Source: Candidatus Sigynarchaeum calidifontis (lineage in GTDB: Archaea > Asgardarchaeota > Lokiarchaeia > Sigyniarchaeales > Sigyniarchaeaceae). From it: a DNA stretch of 29,965 nucleotides. Below the pieces are notes generated by a model. The model did no database searches. It was not told where the DNA came from and saw only the letters and a list, made by a program, of their open reading frames with translations. How positions within the stretch are numbered: the first letter of the stretch is position 1; each line of letters opens with the position of its first letter. The position numbers were made by a program, and so were the translations under genes. Below, piece after piece: positions 10,874-19,355 of the stretch. Location of the stretch: positions 1-29,965 of the forward strand of contig JAUQYZ020000177.1 in the NCBI GenBank assembly GCA_030587475.2. The letters run 5' to 3'.

Positions 10874-10904
10874 GGGAGTACTCCCCGGTATTATAAATCC
10901 CTTT
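10874..10904 (-). promoter_or_regulatory. BRE/TATA promoter with a downstream 12-bp palindrome
   Basis: On the minus strand AAAGGGA-TTTATAATA (TATA at 10889-10897), with GGGAGTACTCCC (10874-10885) between the TATA box and ATG 10866. Confidence 0.6.
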
Positions 10905-11013
10905 GAAGGAAATGAATTATGGTGTTCAAGATAGGCCCGGCAAAGCCTCAATGCGACTTTGTTGAACCCGGCAAGGAGAATATATGTAAAAATGAATTAA
11001 AAACGGAAATCGA

Positions 11014-11277
11014 TCACGCGCGTTCCTTTCTCGTGCTCCTGGCGAGCCTCATTGCCATGCCCGTGAACGCTAGTGCAGACACGAGTAGCAAGAACGGGAG
11101 AGCATAGCCGTCGACGCCAGGACCCGTGTTTTGTGACGTGACGGTTATCAAAATAGACATGGTGTCGATGTCGCCGTCCGCGTCTATCACGTACAACGTA
11201 ACATTACAGACTCTAACATAAATGAATTGGTGCGTGACGTTCTGCCCACTTCCGAATGCCGAGCCATCACCAAAATC
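11014..11277 (-). pseudogene. Decayed PKD-domain C-terminal half plus Loki-CTERM-type sorting tail, in frame behind a premature TGA
   Basis: After TGA 11278-11280 the same frame reads DFGDGSAFGSGQNVTHQFIYVRVCNVTLYVIDADGDID...GVDGYALPFLLLVSALAFTGMAMRLARSTRKERA. The TGA occupies the Trp of the PKD WDFGDG motif. Confidence 0.8.
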
Positions 11278-12417
11278 TCAGGTGTAGCTGGCGGGATCGT
11301 TCCCCGGGTAGCCTTTGAAGGTGAATGTCACGCTACCAAGCGAGGTTATCGTCGTCGCGCTCGCGGTGAAGTTTGCGACCGGCAGGACGTCGACGTAGAT
11401 GTAATTCGATCGCGTGAAGGTCGCAATGTCGCCATCGCCGTCCGTGATGGTGACCGTGACATCGAATCTGCCCACGGTCGTGTACGCATGCACGGGGTTC
11501 CGTGCGGTCGAGTTTGCAGAACCATGGAACCGCTGGAGGATCATGGTGCCCTTGTCTAGCGATATCTCTCGCACGTTCCCCTGGTTGAGCAATTCGTTGA
11601 GAATGGCACCGACTCCTTGAAGCATGCCCGAGAAAAGCGTCTCGTCGACTTGTTCCCTCGAAGGTTGCCACGTGTGGTTATAAATCGGCGTGCCCCCAGT
11701 CGTGTCGAAGACAGTCAGGCGGTATGCCTTGAACGGGAGAACATAGGCAAGCTTGGGCTGCCTTGCAAAAGCGATCGTGATGCTCGCTATCGCGGCGATC
11801 ATGACGAACCCCGACAGGCCCAGCCCTTCGAGGATGGTGATGTCAGACAAGGAAAGGAGCGACGTGAAGATGATCATGATGCCCCCGAAGACGAACAGCC
11901 CAGCGTACGGCTTCAACGGCCCCGGCACGTGCTTGAGAATGCGGGTACCGTGATACAGCACGAGGCTGCCGGGCAAGAACAATGTCATCAGGGCGCAAGG
12001 CGCCGCGATGATGTCGAAGATCAAGTTGGTGGCGACCAGCAAGTTAAACGGCTCCGGGGTGATGGAGATGATGAATGCGATCGAGGTTATCGCCCACATC
12101 ATGGCAATGACGCCGATCTTGAGGGGATCCACCGTGTCGCGGTTGACCGAGTCGATGAACAACACGATGAGGAAATTGCTCGAAAACAAGGAGACGATCC
12201 CCAAGGTGCCCAGCACGTCCATGCTAAAGATGCTACCGAGACAAGACATAATGTTATAGCCAATGCCGAGCATGATAATAAGAGCCCAAAGAATGGCATA
12301 TCGAGCCTTCCATTTCGCGTAGATCCGGAGCATGACGATGGCCATGGGAAGGTAGACGAGGCCCGCCGCGAAGAACCCGAAGAACACGCTGGACGACCAG
12401 TTGAGGGCGAATATCAT
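11278..12417 (-). CDS. Chimeric protein: 7TM membrane domain, truncated longin/roadblock-like domain, PKD fragments
   Basis: Seven hydrophobic helices, then LTVFDTTGGTPIY...DETLFSGMLQGVGAILNE...VREISLDKGTMILQR. The sequence then switches abruptly to PKD (NPVHAYTTVGRFDVTVTITDGDG; PVANFTAS). Confidence 0.7.
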   Translation of the reverse strand: MIFALNWSSSVFFGFFAAGLVYLPMAIVMLRIYAKWKARYAILWALIIMLGIGYNIMSCLGSIFSMDVLGTLGIVSLFSSNFLIVLFIDSVNRDTVDPLKIGVIAMMWAITSIAFIISITPEPFNLLVATNLIFDIIAAPCALMTLFLPGSLVLYHGTRILKHVPGPLKPYAGLFVFGGIMIIFTSLLSLSDITILEGLGLSGFVMIAAIASITIAFARQPKLAYVLPFKAYRLTVFDTTGGTPIYNHTWQPSREQVDETLFSGMLQGVGAILNELLNQGNVREISLDKGTMILQRFHGSANSTARNPVHAYTTVGRFDVTVTITDGDGDIATFTRSNYIYVDVLPVANFTASATTITSLGSVTFTFKGYPGNDPASYT

Positions 12418-12505
12418 AGGAACATCCTACTCGTTGCTGGTAGACGATTGTCAGAAGGTCCTCGCTCCTCTATTTGAAGCTATCATCGGGAAGAAAAATG
12501 CACGG

Positions 12506-12859
12506 TCATGAACCCGGCTCCTTCACGATGTGACCGCAAGCACGACACGCGAAACCGTCGCCATCCCGGTAGAGCAAGTTACCGCAGGCGTCGCAGTACA
12601 TTGGAAGCCCATCCTTGCCGACAGCGATGCGTCTCCCGGCGGGCCGTTCCTGGCTTTTCTGCTCGCCACGGCTGCTCGTCGTTCTCGGTTTCCGGGACGA
12701 TCCCGATGAACCCGATGCTTGCCGCCGGTCCTGGTGCGACACGATGGCGGGTTTCGTGACCACCAGTCCCTTGTTCACTCGCTTTTGCAGCATCTGGCGG
12801 CACGCGTCGCAGTACACGCCCGATGTCGCGGGTTTCCCGCAAATCGTACAGTATCCCAT
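12506..12859 (-). CDS. Small double zinc-finger protein
   Basis: N-terminal CTIC...CDAC and C-terminal YCDACGNLLY...FACRACG, joined by an S/R/G/K-rich linker. ATG 12859 has ATTATC 23 nt upstream. Confidence 0.7.
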   Translation of the reverse strand: MGYCTICGKPATSGVYCDACRQMLQKRVNKGLVVTKPAIVSHQDRRQASGSSGSSRKPRTTSSRGEQKSQERPAGRRIAVGKDGLPMYCDACGNLLYRDGDGFACRACGHIVKEPGS

Positions 12860-12965
12860 CGACGTGAACCCCACGAGAAAAGATAATCGTTCGATGGGAA
12901 ATCATACAGCGCGGCTAATTGAAGCATTATAGCAAAAGTTTTCGAGTCGTCCCTCCTTAGCAAGG

Positions 12966-13793
12966 TCATTGCTCCTTGCAGAATGCTTGTACCGCGGCCA
13001 TATACTTCTCGTATTGCTCCCGGCGGATGCTGTGCCCCGCGCCGGTGATGTATTCGATTCGCAAGTTGCCAAACAGCGGCTTGATCGATTCTGCTTGTTC
13101 CCGTGAAATAATCCCCTTCGATGAGATGATGAGCAGCGACGGGCACTTGATTTTCGGGAAGACAGCACGCCAGTCAACGAACAAATCCACTTTCCCAAGG
13201 CGCCCGTTCAGCATGTTGCGGCCGAAGTCTTGCTGGGCCGCCACCCACGGTATAACCTCTTCATCGGGCCAGGTCGGGTTCCGCTTCCGGCAGATTCGCT
13301 CGATCTCAGCGGCGTCCCTCTTGCCATTCTTCCGCCATTCCCGCATCATGAAGGGCATGACGAGCTTGACCAGGAACCTCAAGGATTTCTTCATGAAATA
13401 CGCGGGATCCTCGAGGAAAATCCTGGAAACGAGATCGGGGTGCCGGGCAGCGACAAGCGTGGCGACCTGGCCGCCCATCGAATGCCCGCCGATGATCGGC
13501 GGTTCCCGCAAGCCAAGCGCTTGGATAAGCCCCGCTATATCATCCGCTAGCAACCCGAAATTGAAGTCTGACCTCTCGACCGGCGACTTCCCGTGTCCCC
13601 TGGCATCGACCATTATCACGTCGAACTCATTTTCCAAGGCCCGCGCGACCCGTGTCCAACAAAGCCCGTTATCCGTGATCCCGTGCAGCAAAATGATGGG
13701 TTGCTTGTCGCCGCCTGTCCGGTGTATGCACAAGCGAATTCCATTCGTATCGATGAATTGTTCCGTCCACGTGTTCATGTTTTTTGCTGCCAT
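12966..13793 (-). CDS. Alpha/beta-fold hydrolase
   Basis: LLHGITDNG, DARGHGKS, nucleophile elbow GHSMGG and catalytic His in GAGHSI. Confidence 0.92.
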   Translation of the reverse strand: MAAKNMNTWTEQFIDTNGIRLCIHRTGGDKQPIILLHGITDNGLCWTRVARALENEFDVIMVDARGHGKSPVERSDFNFGLLADDIAGLIQALGLREPPIIGGHSMGGQVATLVAARHPDLVSRIFLEDPAYFMKKSLRFLVKLVMPFMMREWRKNGKRDAAEIERICRKRNPTWPDEEVIPWVAAQQDFGRNMLNGRLGKVDLFVDWRAVFPKIKCPSLLIISSKGIISREQAESIKPLFGNLRIEYITGAGHSIRREQYEKYMAAVQAFCKEQ

Positions 13794-13801
13794 GTTGTGG
13801 T

Positions 13802-14863
13802 CTAGATCCCGTCGTGGGGGTTCTTGAACAATTCATCAGGAAATATCGGAGTCTCGCGCCAGTCCAGGAGTAGCCTGGATTTGCCCTCGTGCACCACGTG
13901 GATGTTGCTGCCAGGGATGACCCGCCCGATGACTGCAGCTTGCATGCCCGACCCGATGGCCTTCCTCTGCACCTTGTAGATGTCGCGCTCGTCGATCGTG
14001 ACGAGGAACCCGGTCGTGAGATAGGCAGTCGTGAACCACAAGAGGTCCTCGTAATTATCGACGTTAAATGTTTCGAATAGCAATCGTTCCTCGATTTCAA
14101 AGCCCACCCGCGAGTAATTGGCGAACAGCATTGCCGTGCCAAATAACCCCGCGTCGCTCACGTCCTTGCTCGCATGGATGAGCCTTTCCCTCGGTGAAGT
14201 CCGTAAATGCTCGGTAGCCATCCCGTAGAGCGGGCTGCCTGCCAGCTCGACCATGAGTGCCCTGTGCTTGCGCACCTCTTCCGAGGTCTTGAACGTGACC
14301 GTGTCCCAATACGGGCCATTCGGGCTTCGCTTCCCGTTGTAGTCCCAGACCAGCACCAGCACCTGGCCTGGCCGCGCGTCTCCGGCCGAGACGAAATCTG
14401 CCTTGCTCGCATGCTCGCCAACGACCGTGCACGACATAGCATCGCCACCTTCCTTGAGGGACGTGTGTCCGCGCGTGATCGAGATGCCCAGCTGCTCGGC
14501 GGCTTTTTTGGCACCCCTCACGAGCTCGTGCAGCACCGCCTCGGTAGCGGCTTGCACGTCGATCGCCGCCGTCAAGGGCACGCCACCACACGCGAAGATA
14601 TCATCGACGCAAACGAGGATTGCACTGTACCCGGCCGAAAAGGGGGCCCGCTTGACAAAATCCGACGATATCATGTCGGTTGCCACGAGCATGAGGGTAT
14701 CCCCCTCGATCTCGACCGCCGCGGCGTCCTCGCCGATGCCCTTGAAAATACAAGTGTTGTTGAACTTGTTATCGGCGAGGATCGTCAGTACATCGTGGAT
14801 CACGAGTTTTTTCTTGATGGCGGCGTGGTTGCGGATCGCCGCGACGAAAGCGTCGAAGTCCAT
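13802..14863 (-). CDS. AIR-synthase-related (PurM-like) protein, sll0787/methanogenesis-marker-2 type
   Basis: GEDAAAV, LVATD, AGYSAILVCVDDIFACGGVP, RGHT and HASKDVSDAGLFGT match the PurM-like ATP-binding fold and the KD-x-S-x-x-G-x-x-GT subfamily motif. Start placed at MDF (14863). Confidence 0.8.
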   Translation of the reverse strand: MDFDAFVAAIRNHAAIKKKLVIHDVLTILADNKFNNTCIFKGIGEDAAAVEIEGDTLMLVATDMISSDFVKRAPFSAGYSAILVCVDDIFACGGVPLTAAIDVQAATEAVLHELVRGAKKAAEQLGISITRGHTSLKEGGDAMSCTVVGEHASKADFVSAGDARPGQVLVLVWDYNGKRSPNGPYWDTVTFKTSEEVRKHRALMVELAGSPLYGMATEHLRTSPRERLIHASKDVSDAGLFGTAMLFANYSRVGFEIEERLLFETFNVDNYEDLLWFTTAYLTTGFLVTIDERDIYKVQRKAIGSGMQAAVIGRVIPGSNIHVVHEGKSRLLLDWRETPIFPDELFKNPHDGI

Positions 14864-14885
14864 GGGTAAAGGCAAGAAAGGCGGG

Positions 14886-14894
14886 AAAAAAAAA
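14886..14894 (-). terminator. T9 tract, probable terminator of the upstream surface-protein gene
   Basis: A9 on the + strand, about 40 nt after the stop at 14932. Confidence 0.4.
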
Positions 14895-14931
14895 GGTATG
14901 TAACGGGATCGCTATCCGGCGCGTGGCAATG

Positions 14932-16301
14932 TCATTGCTTCCGGGTGACCTTGTTTCGCTTGATGGCTAGGCAAGCCGTGAGCCCTCCAGCGATGCTTGC
15001 GAGGATCAGCAAATCGTAACCTGGAACGCCATTTGGCGTCTCGAGACCTTGCATATTGAAGTAATAATATTTATCCGATTGCTGGATGGGCATCTCGGTC
15101 ATAACTTTTGAGTATACCCAGTAATTGGAATTCGGGAGGGCTAAGGTACCGTAACCACCGACTATTATGCCCAGGTTTCCGTTCGAATCATAGTGCTCTA
15201 TCTCGCTCTTCGGGATGCGTATCTCGAACATGCGATGCGATGCCGCGGCATCCTGGCTTGATCCGAAGCTCTTGGCTATCTGGAAATTTCGGATCGTCGA
15301 GTACGGGTAATAGATGAAGTATCCGATCGTGTAAGCCGAAGTGTCGTTCGTCAGGACGGCGAAGCTGAGCGAGTGTATGATTTGCTTGAACGGGCTGGGG
15401 CTGTCGCCCTTGAGCGAGAACTTCACCTGGTGCGATGTGGTGATGTTTCCCTTGCCGATATGGATCGTCTCGGACACCTGGCTCGTTCCCCCGTTGATGT
15501 GAATTACTTGATCGGGATCCGAGATGCTATACGTGTTATTGGGGTACCACACGATGATGTCGTTGCTGCCGATGGATGTGTTGACGTTTGATGTTATGTA
15601 GATCCGCACTTCTTCAACGTGGTCGATCCGTTCTTGCGTGAGCACTCCGAAACACTCCGCAAGGTCGAGCGTGAAGTCAACACGTGTATGATAGCCGCTA
15701 TCGTATGCTGCGGTTATGTTGAACGGAACCACGGATGCCGGATCGAAATTGGAGGCGTTTCCTTGTGCGACTCCAGAGATCACCTGGTTCTCGGATTCGC
15801 TATCAACATACACGCCAGATGTCACGAGGACATTCGAAAGGAACGGTATGAGTGCTTGGTTCGGGACCGAATACATCAAGGATTCCACGCCATTGTTCAA
15901 GTAACTATCCCACTCTACCCAGCTGTTGAAGGTGCGACCCGCCGTGACGAGCCAGACGCCGACCCATTCCATCGCCTCGTCGGTCGACCGGTCGCTGCAC
16001 AAGTCGAGGCCCACGTACAAGTTGCTCGGGTCCTCAGCGAGGTAGAGGTAGTTGTTACCGTCCACGTTTACATGACCATTGCCATCTGGATCATTATTCA
16101 CGTCAAGGAAAAACTCGGCCTTTTTATCCGCGCATGCCCACTCGCTGCTGCCGATGCTGCCGTCCATCGTTATGGTGCATGGCGCGTTGGCCGGCGTGAG
16201 GGCCCGGGCACCGGGCATCGTGGAAAGAAATAGTAACAAGATGCCACCGAATGCCAATATAACGATCGAGGCATTTTGGCTCTTTTTTTGTTGAACTGCA
16301 T
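14932..16301 (-). CDS. Secreted, C-terminally anchored surface protein (DOMON/CBM9-like) with Loki-CTERM-type tail; 5' end frameshifted in an A7 tract (uninterrupted ORF 14932-16257)
   Basis: ITMDG...EW, YLAEDPSNLYVG and FEIRIP motifs; tail GVPGY + TM + KRNKVTRKQ. AGGAGG lies 9 nt before ATG 16301, which is out of frame with the main ORF by one base. Confidence 0.75.
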
Positions 16302-16439
16302 GAAATTTAACCTCCTGGATCTAAAAGGACACATTACTCAATGCAAGAGCATTACTTGAAGGCTGTTACGAACGCGTATGGCCTAAAACGTGTGTCGATC
16401 AACGGTTTGGTAGAAGTATTTTAGACAAGACTTGCAATC

Positions 16440-17213
16440 TTGACACAAGATCGATCGGATTGGTTCCCCTTGGCATTCGTTACATGTCGAAGCGGGCGCG
16501 CGGGCAAGGTGTTGCTCGCCGCGAGCGTGGTGATCGCCGGCCTCGCCATGATGCTCGTGGTAAACGCGAGCAGGCCGGCATTACGAGTGGGCGGCCGCTT
16601 TCCCGAATGGATCGTAGCATCGCAATATCCAGTGAATGCCGATATCACCATCGTGAATTATAGCGGGCCCAGTTTCACCTGGTCCGAGCCTATCACTTTT
16701 AATTTCGCGGTCGATTCCAACATCAGCGCCGTCTTGACCGTGATAGCCGTGAGCGATGCGGTTTACAATTTTACCCATAACATGAATGTTAACGCGGGCT
16801 TGAATTCGCTTACCATCACGCTCGGGATTAACCCACTTGCTGCTCCTGGCAGCCATCGTGTCAACTTCACCTTCGGCCAAGCGGGCAATACCACGATGAT
16901 CGTCCACGAGATCGTGATCGGTTCGAATCCTTTCATTTCCTATGGTATACTCTTCGGCGCGCTCGGCTTCACGATAGCCATCTACGCCGCAGTCGGTGCC
17001 CCGAAGAAACCAAAGGCTTCGAGTTCTGGTCCATTTGGGTCCGCAGCGGGCGCGGCGGACGACGATACCTCGACCGTGACCTACGTGGATCAAAGCCAGG
17101 CCCCGCCTGGACGAATATTCTGCCCAGAATGCAAAAAGGTGATAGAAGAGGGTTCGATCTTTTGTCCAGAGTGTGGCACGCGAATTCCACGTTATCTACG
17201 TTACCATCCATGA
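16440..17213 (+). CDS. Membrane protein with extracellular Ig-like domain and cytoplasmic zinc ribbon
   Basis: N-terminal hydrophobic helix, sequon-rich beta domain, TM helix (FISYGILFGALGFTIAIYAAVG), low-complexity linker, then FCPECKKVIEEGSIFCPECG. Start uncertain. Confidence 0.75.
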   Translation: MTQDRSDWFPLAFVTCRSGRAGKVLLAASVVIAGLAMMLVVNASRPALRVGGRFPEWIVASQYPVNADITIVNYSGPSFTWSEPITFNFAVDSNISAVLTVIAVSDAVYNFTHNMNVNAGLNSLTITLGINPLAAPGSHRVNFTFGQAGNTTMIVHEIVIGSNPFISYGILFGALGFTIAIYAAVGAPKKPKASSSGPFGSAAGAADDDTSTVTYVDQSQAPPGRIFCPECKKVIEEGSIFCPECGTRIPRYLRYHP

Positions 17214-17250
17214 TGAAAAACGCGTTTTCACGGGAAGGCTCTTTTTTCTT
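17214..17250. terminator. Inverted repeat plus T-tract between convergent genes
   Basis: TGAAAAACGCGTTTTCA (core palindrome AAAACGCGTTTT) followed by a T-rich run. Confidence 0.4.
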
Positions 17251-17270
17251 CGCTTGCCATCACGAAAAGA

Positions 17271-18212
17271 TCAGAACAGCTTGAAAAGGGGATGGTTTGC
17301 CGACGCGGGCTTGACCTTGTCGATCCTGCGGCCCGCGTACGCGTGGAAGGCATCAGCGTTCGCGACGGCGAGGGTGACGGGACGGGCGTTCTTGATCGGC
17401 CCGAAGAGAACGAAGCTCGCCCCGTTGGCGGCGAGGTACGTGCAGGCCGCGACGAGGCTCGTGAGCCGGGCCTCGTCACCGAACCGCTTGATCCCTCCGC
17501 ACTCGAAGATGGCGTTGGACGGGGCGCAGCCCGCTGGCAGGCCGGTCGCATCGCGAACGTCAGCTATCGTGCGAGCCGCGATGCCGATCGAGGGCATGTC
17601 GAGCACGGCCACGTCGACGATGCACTGCTCAACGCCCGCTCGTTTAGCCTTCGCAAGTAACCCCTCCTTGATGCCGGTCCTGTCGTCCCAACCTTGCACG
17701 AGCTTGAGTTTCTGGGCCGGGAGCAGCATGGCCGAATCGAACGATAGCAAGATCGCATGGCGGATTTTGCATGCAGCGATCGCCTCGAGGGTCTCGTCCT
17801 TGACCTTGGGCTCGATGCTGTTGTAGACGAGACGGTCGCGCAGGCCGCTATCGACGAGTGTTTTCATGGCCGGGACGCGGATCTCATCGGTCAAGCCGTC
17901 CATGAGGAGAGGGGTTTGCTTGCTCGCCGTCGTGTCCGCGACGAACTGGCAATACTTCACGAGGGCATCGGCCGACTCGCCGACCACGTCGACGATGAAC
18001 GACATGCCGGTATCCCCCGCTATTGCCTCCATATCGCGCAGCTGCTTCGTGGCCTCGTCGATGTCGAACGTGGCCGAGGCGTGATCCTTGATAACCTTGT
18101 GCCCCTTGTAGAACATGCTGCCGATCATGCACGTCGGATACTCGCCTGGCTGCCCGCCGAGCGTCACGTTGCCGATCGTGACCGGCAGTTGTGGCTTGGT
18201 AAAGGGTTTCAC
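17271..18212 (-). CDS. mtrH: MtrH/MtgA-family pterin methyltransferase
   Basis: IGNVTLGGQPGEYPTCMIGSMFYKGHKVI, LVYNSI, IVDVAV, GLPAGCAPSNA and FVLFGPI are characteristic of MtrH. Confidence 0.9.
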   Translation of the reverse strand: MKPFTKPQLPVTIGNVTLGGQPGEYPTCMIGSMFYKGHKVIKDHASATFDIDEATKQLRDMEAIAGDTGMSFIVDVVGESADALVKYCQFVADTTASKQTPLLMDGLTDEIRVPAMKTLVDSGLRDRLVYNSIEPKVKDETLEAIAACKIRHAILLSFDSAMLLPAQKLKLVQGWDDRTGIKEGLLAKAKRAGVEQCIVDVAVLDMPSIGIAARTIADVRDATGLPAGCAPSNAIFECGGIKRFGDEARLTSLVAACTYLAANGASFVLFGPIKNARPVTLAVANADAFHAYAGRRIDKVKPASANHPLFKLF

Positions 18213-18236
18213 GAGTGAAAATAGGGCGTGATCGAA

Positions 18237-18245
18237 AATAAGTAT
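18237..18245 (-). promoter_or_regulatory. TATA-like element ATACTTATT
   Basis: Ends 25 nt before GTG 18212. The identical 9-mer occurs at the same spacing before ATG 22750. Confidence 0.55.
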
Positions 18246-18298
18246 CGCCTCTCCCAGCTAGTCCCTTGCACCTTCGATCTGATGTTGCGAGGCGGGAC

Positions 18299-18574
18299 AT
18301 GAGGCTGCACGTGCTCGTGAACGGCGACGTCCAGGGCGTCGGGTTCCGGTATTCCACCCAGCGCTACGCGGTTAGCATCGGCGTCACGGGCTGGGTCCGA
18401 AACCTCTCGGATGGCCAGGTCGAGGTGCTTGCAGAGGGGGAAAAATCGCAACTTGAGGACATGCTCGCGTGGCTCCAGCACGGCCCGAGCGGCGCCCACG
18501 TGTCGAGCATCGAACACGAGTTTTCCGACGAGCCAGCCCAGTTTGATCGGTTTTCAATCGCTTCAACTTATTAA
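18299..18574 (+). CDS. acyP: Acylphosphatase
   Basis: GDVQGVGFRY, GWVRNLSDGQVEVLAEG and HGPSGAHV. Confidence 0.96.
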   Translation: MRLHVLVNGDVQGVGFRYSTQRYAVSIGVTGWVRNLSDGQVEVLAEGEKSQLEDMLAWLQHGPSGAHVSSIEHEFSDEPAQFDRFSIASTY

Positions 18575-18596
18575 CGCACCGTTCTCCTGCGATCGC

Positions 18597-19346
18597 TCAG
18601 TTCCCGTGCATGAAGAAATATGCAACCTTGAAAAACAAGGGCAGCCGCTCCGCGCCGATGATAAACGGGAGCATCGCGTCCGCGGCGAGGCAAAGTAGCA
18701 AGAAAGCGATCACGGTCGTGATCATGACCCGCCGCACGTGCCGTTCTGGCGTGGCCGGGAAGGGCGTGGATGTCCGCCCGAATACCGTCGCGTTTATCGC
18801 GGGGAGCGCCGTGCCCGAGCTGCCGACCATCCAGCCCGACCAGAGGAGCCCGAACCAGTACATGAACATCAAGTAGAAGCCGTAGTGGTAGACATTCCAC
18901 GTGAAGCCCGTGTAGGTGAGTGCCATGCATGCCGTGACCACGAGGGATGGTAGCATGCACAAGTTGTTCCGGGCGTTGTCCAGCGGGGGGATCGCGGGGG
19001 GCAGGAACCGGGATAGGCGCCCCTTCTTCCTGGGGAAGCGTTTCGCGTGCAACAGCGCCTGGTGGTACCCGCGGAACGCCAGGATGGCAAGAAAAAACAC
19101 GAGGAAGTATGCCGGGGGCGCCCATTCCTCTGGGATGAACCGGTACAAGACGATGACGACCGCGTTCTTCAAGACAAACATGGTAAGGCACGCCGCAGCC
19201 GTGAGGGGCACGAGGAACGTGATGGCTTCCACCAGGCGCTGCTTTCGCTTGGACAGCACCGCGAGACGCCCGAACAGCTCAGCGAAGAACTTGCCCGGGT
19301 CGGTAAGCCACGCATGCAAGAAGTGCAAGTTTTTTTTCCGCATCAT
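18597..19346 (-). CDS. Hypothetical membrane protein (5-6 TM), last gene of the isomerase-lyase operon
   Basis: Several hydrophobic helices. AGGAGGT Shine-Dalgarno overlaps the upstream stop, with a 9-nt gap. Confidence 0.65.
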   Translation of the reverse strand: MMRKKNLHFLHAWLTDPGKFFAELFGRLAVLSKRKQRLVEAITFLVPLTAAACLTMFVLKNAVVIVLYRFIPEEWAPPAYFLVFFLAILAFRGYHQALLHAKRFPRKKGRLSRFLPPAIPPLDNARNNLCMLPSLVVTACMALTYTGFTWNVYHYGFYLMFMYWFGLLWSGWMVGSSGTALPAINATVFGRTSTPFPATPERHVRRVMITTVIAFLLLCLAADAMLPFIIGAERLPLFFKVAYFFMHGN

Positions 19347-19355
19347 TCGTACCTC

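Noticed and set aside
10920-10976. GTTCAA/TTGAAC inverted repeat and duplicated CCCGGCAA in the intergenic region
   Set aside because: Too short to support a MITE or ncRNA call, and no target-site duplication was seen.
11278-11280. UGA-as-Trp genetic code
   Set aside because: TGA terminates uvrB, uvrA and other genes at expected ends and Trp is TGG elsewhere. Downstream erosion favours a nonsense mutation.
12976-13827. 283-aa antisense ORF over the hydrolase, and similar long shadows such as 11617-12477 and 9328-10002
   Set aside because: They overlap well-supported genes on the opposite strand and have atypical composition.
13802-18212. Methanogenesis inferred from the marker-2-like gene plus mtrH
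   Set aside because: Both families occur in non-methanogens, and no mcr or mtrA-G genes are in the window.
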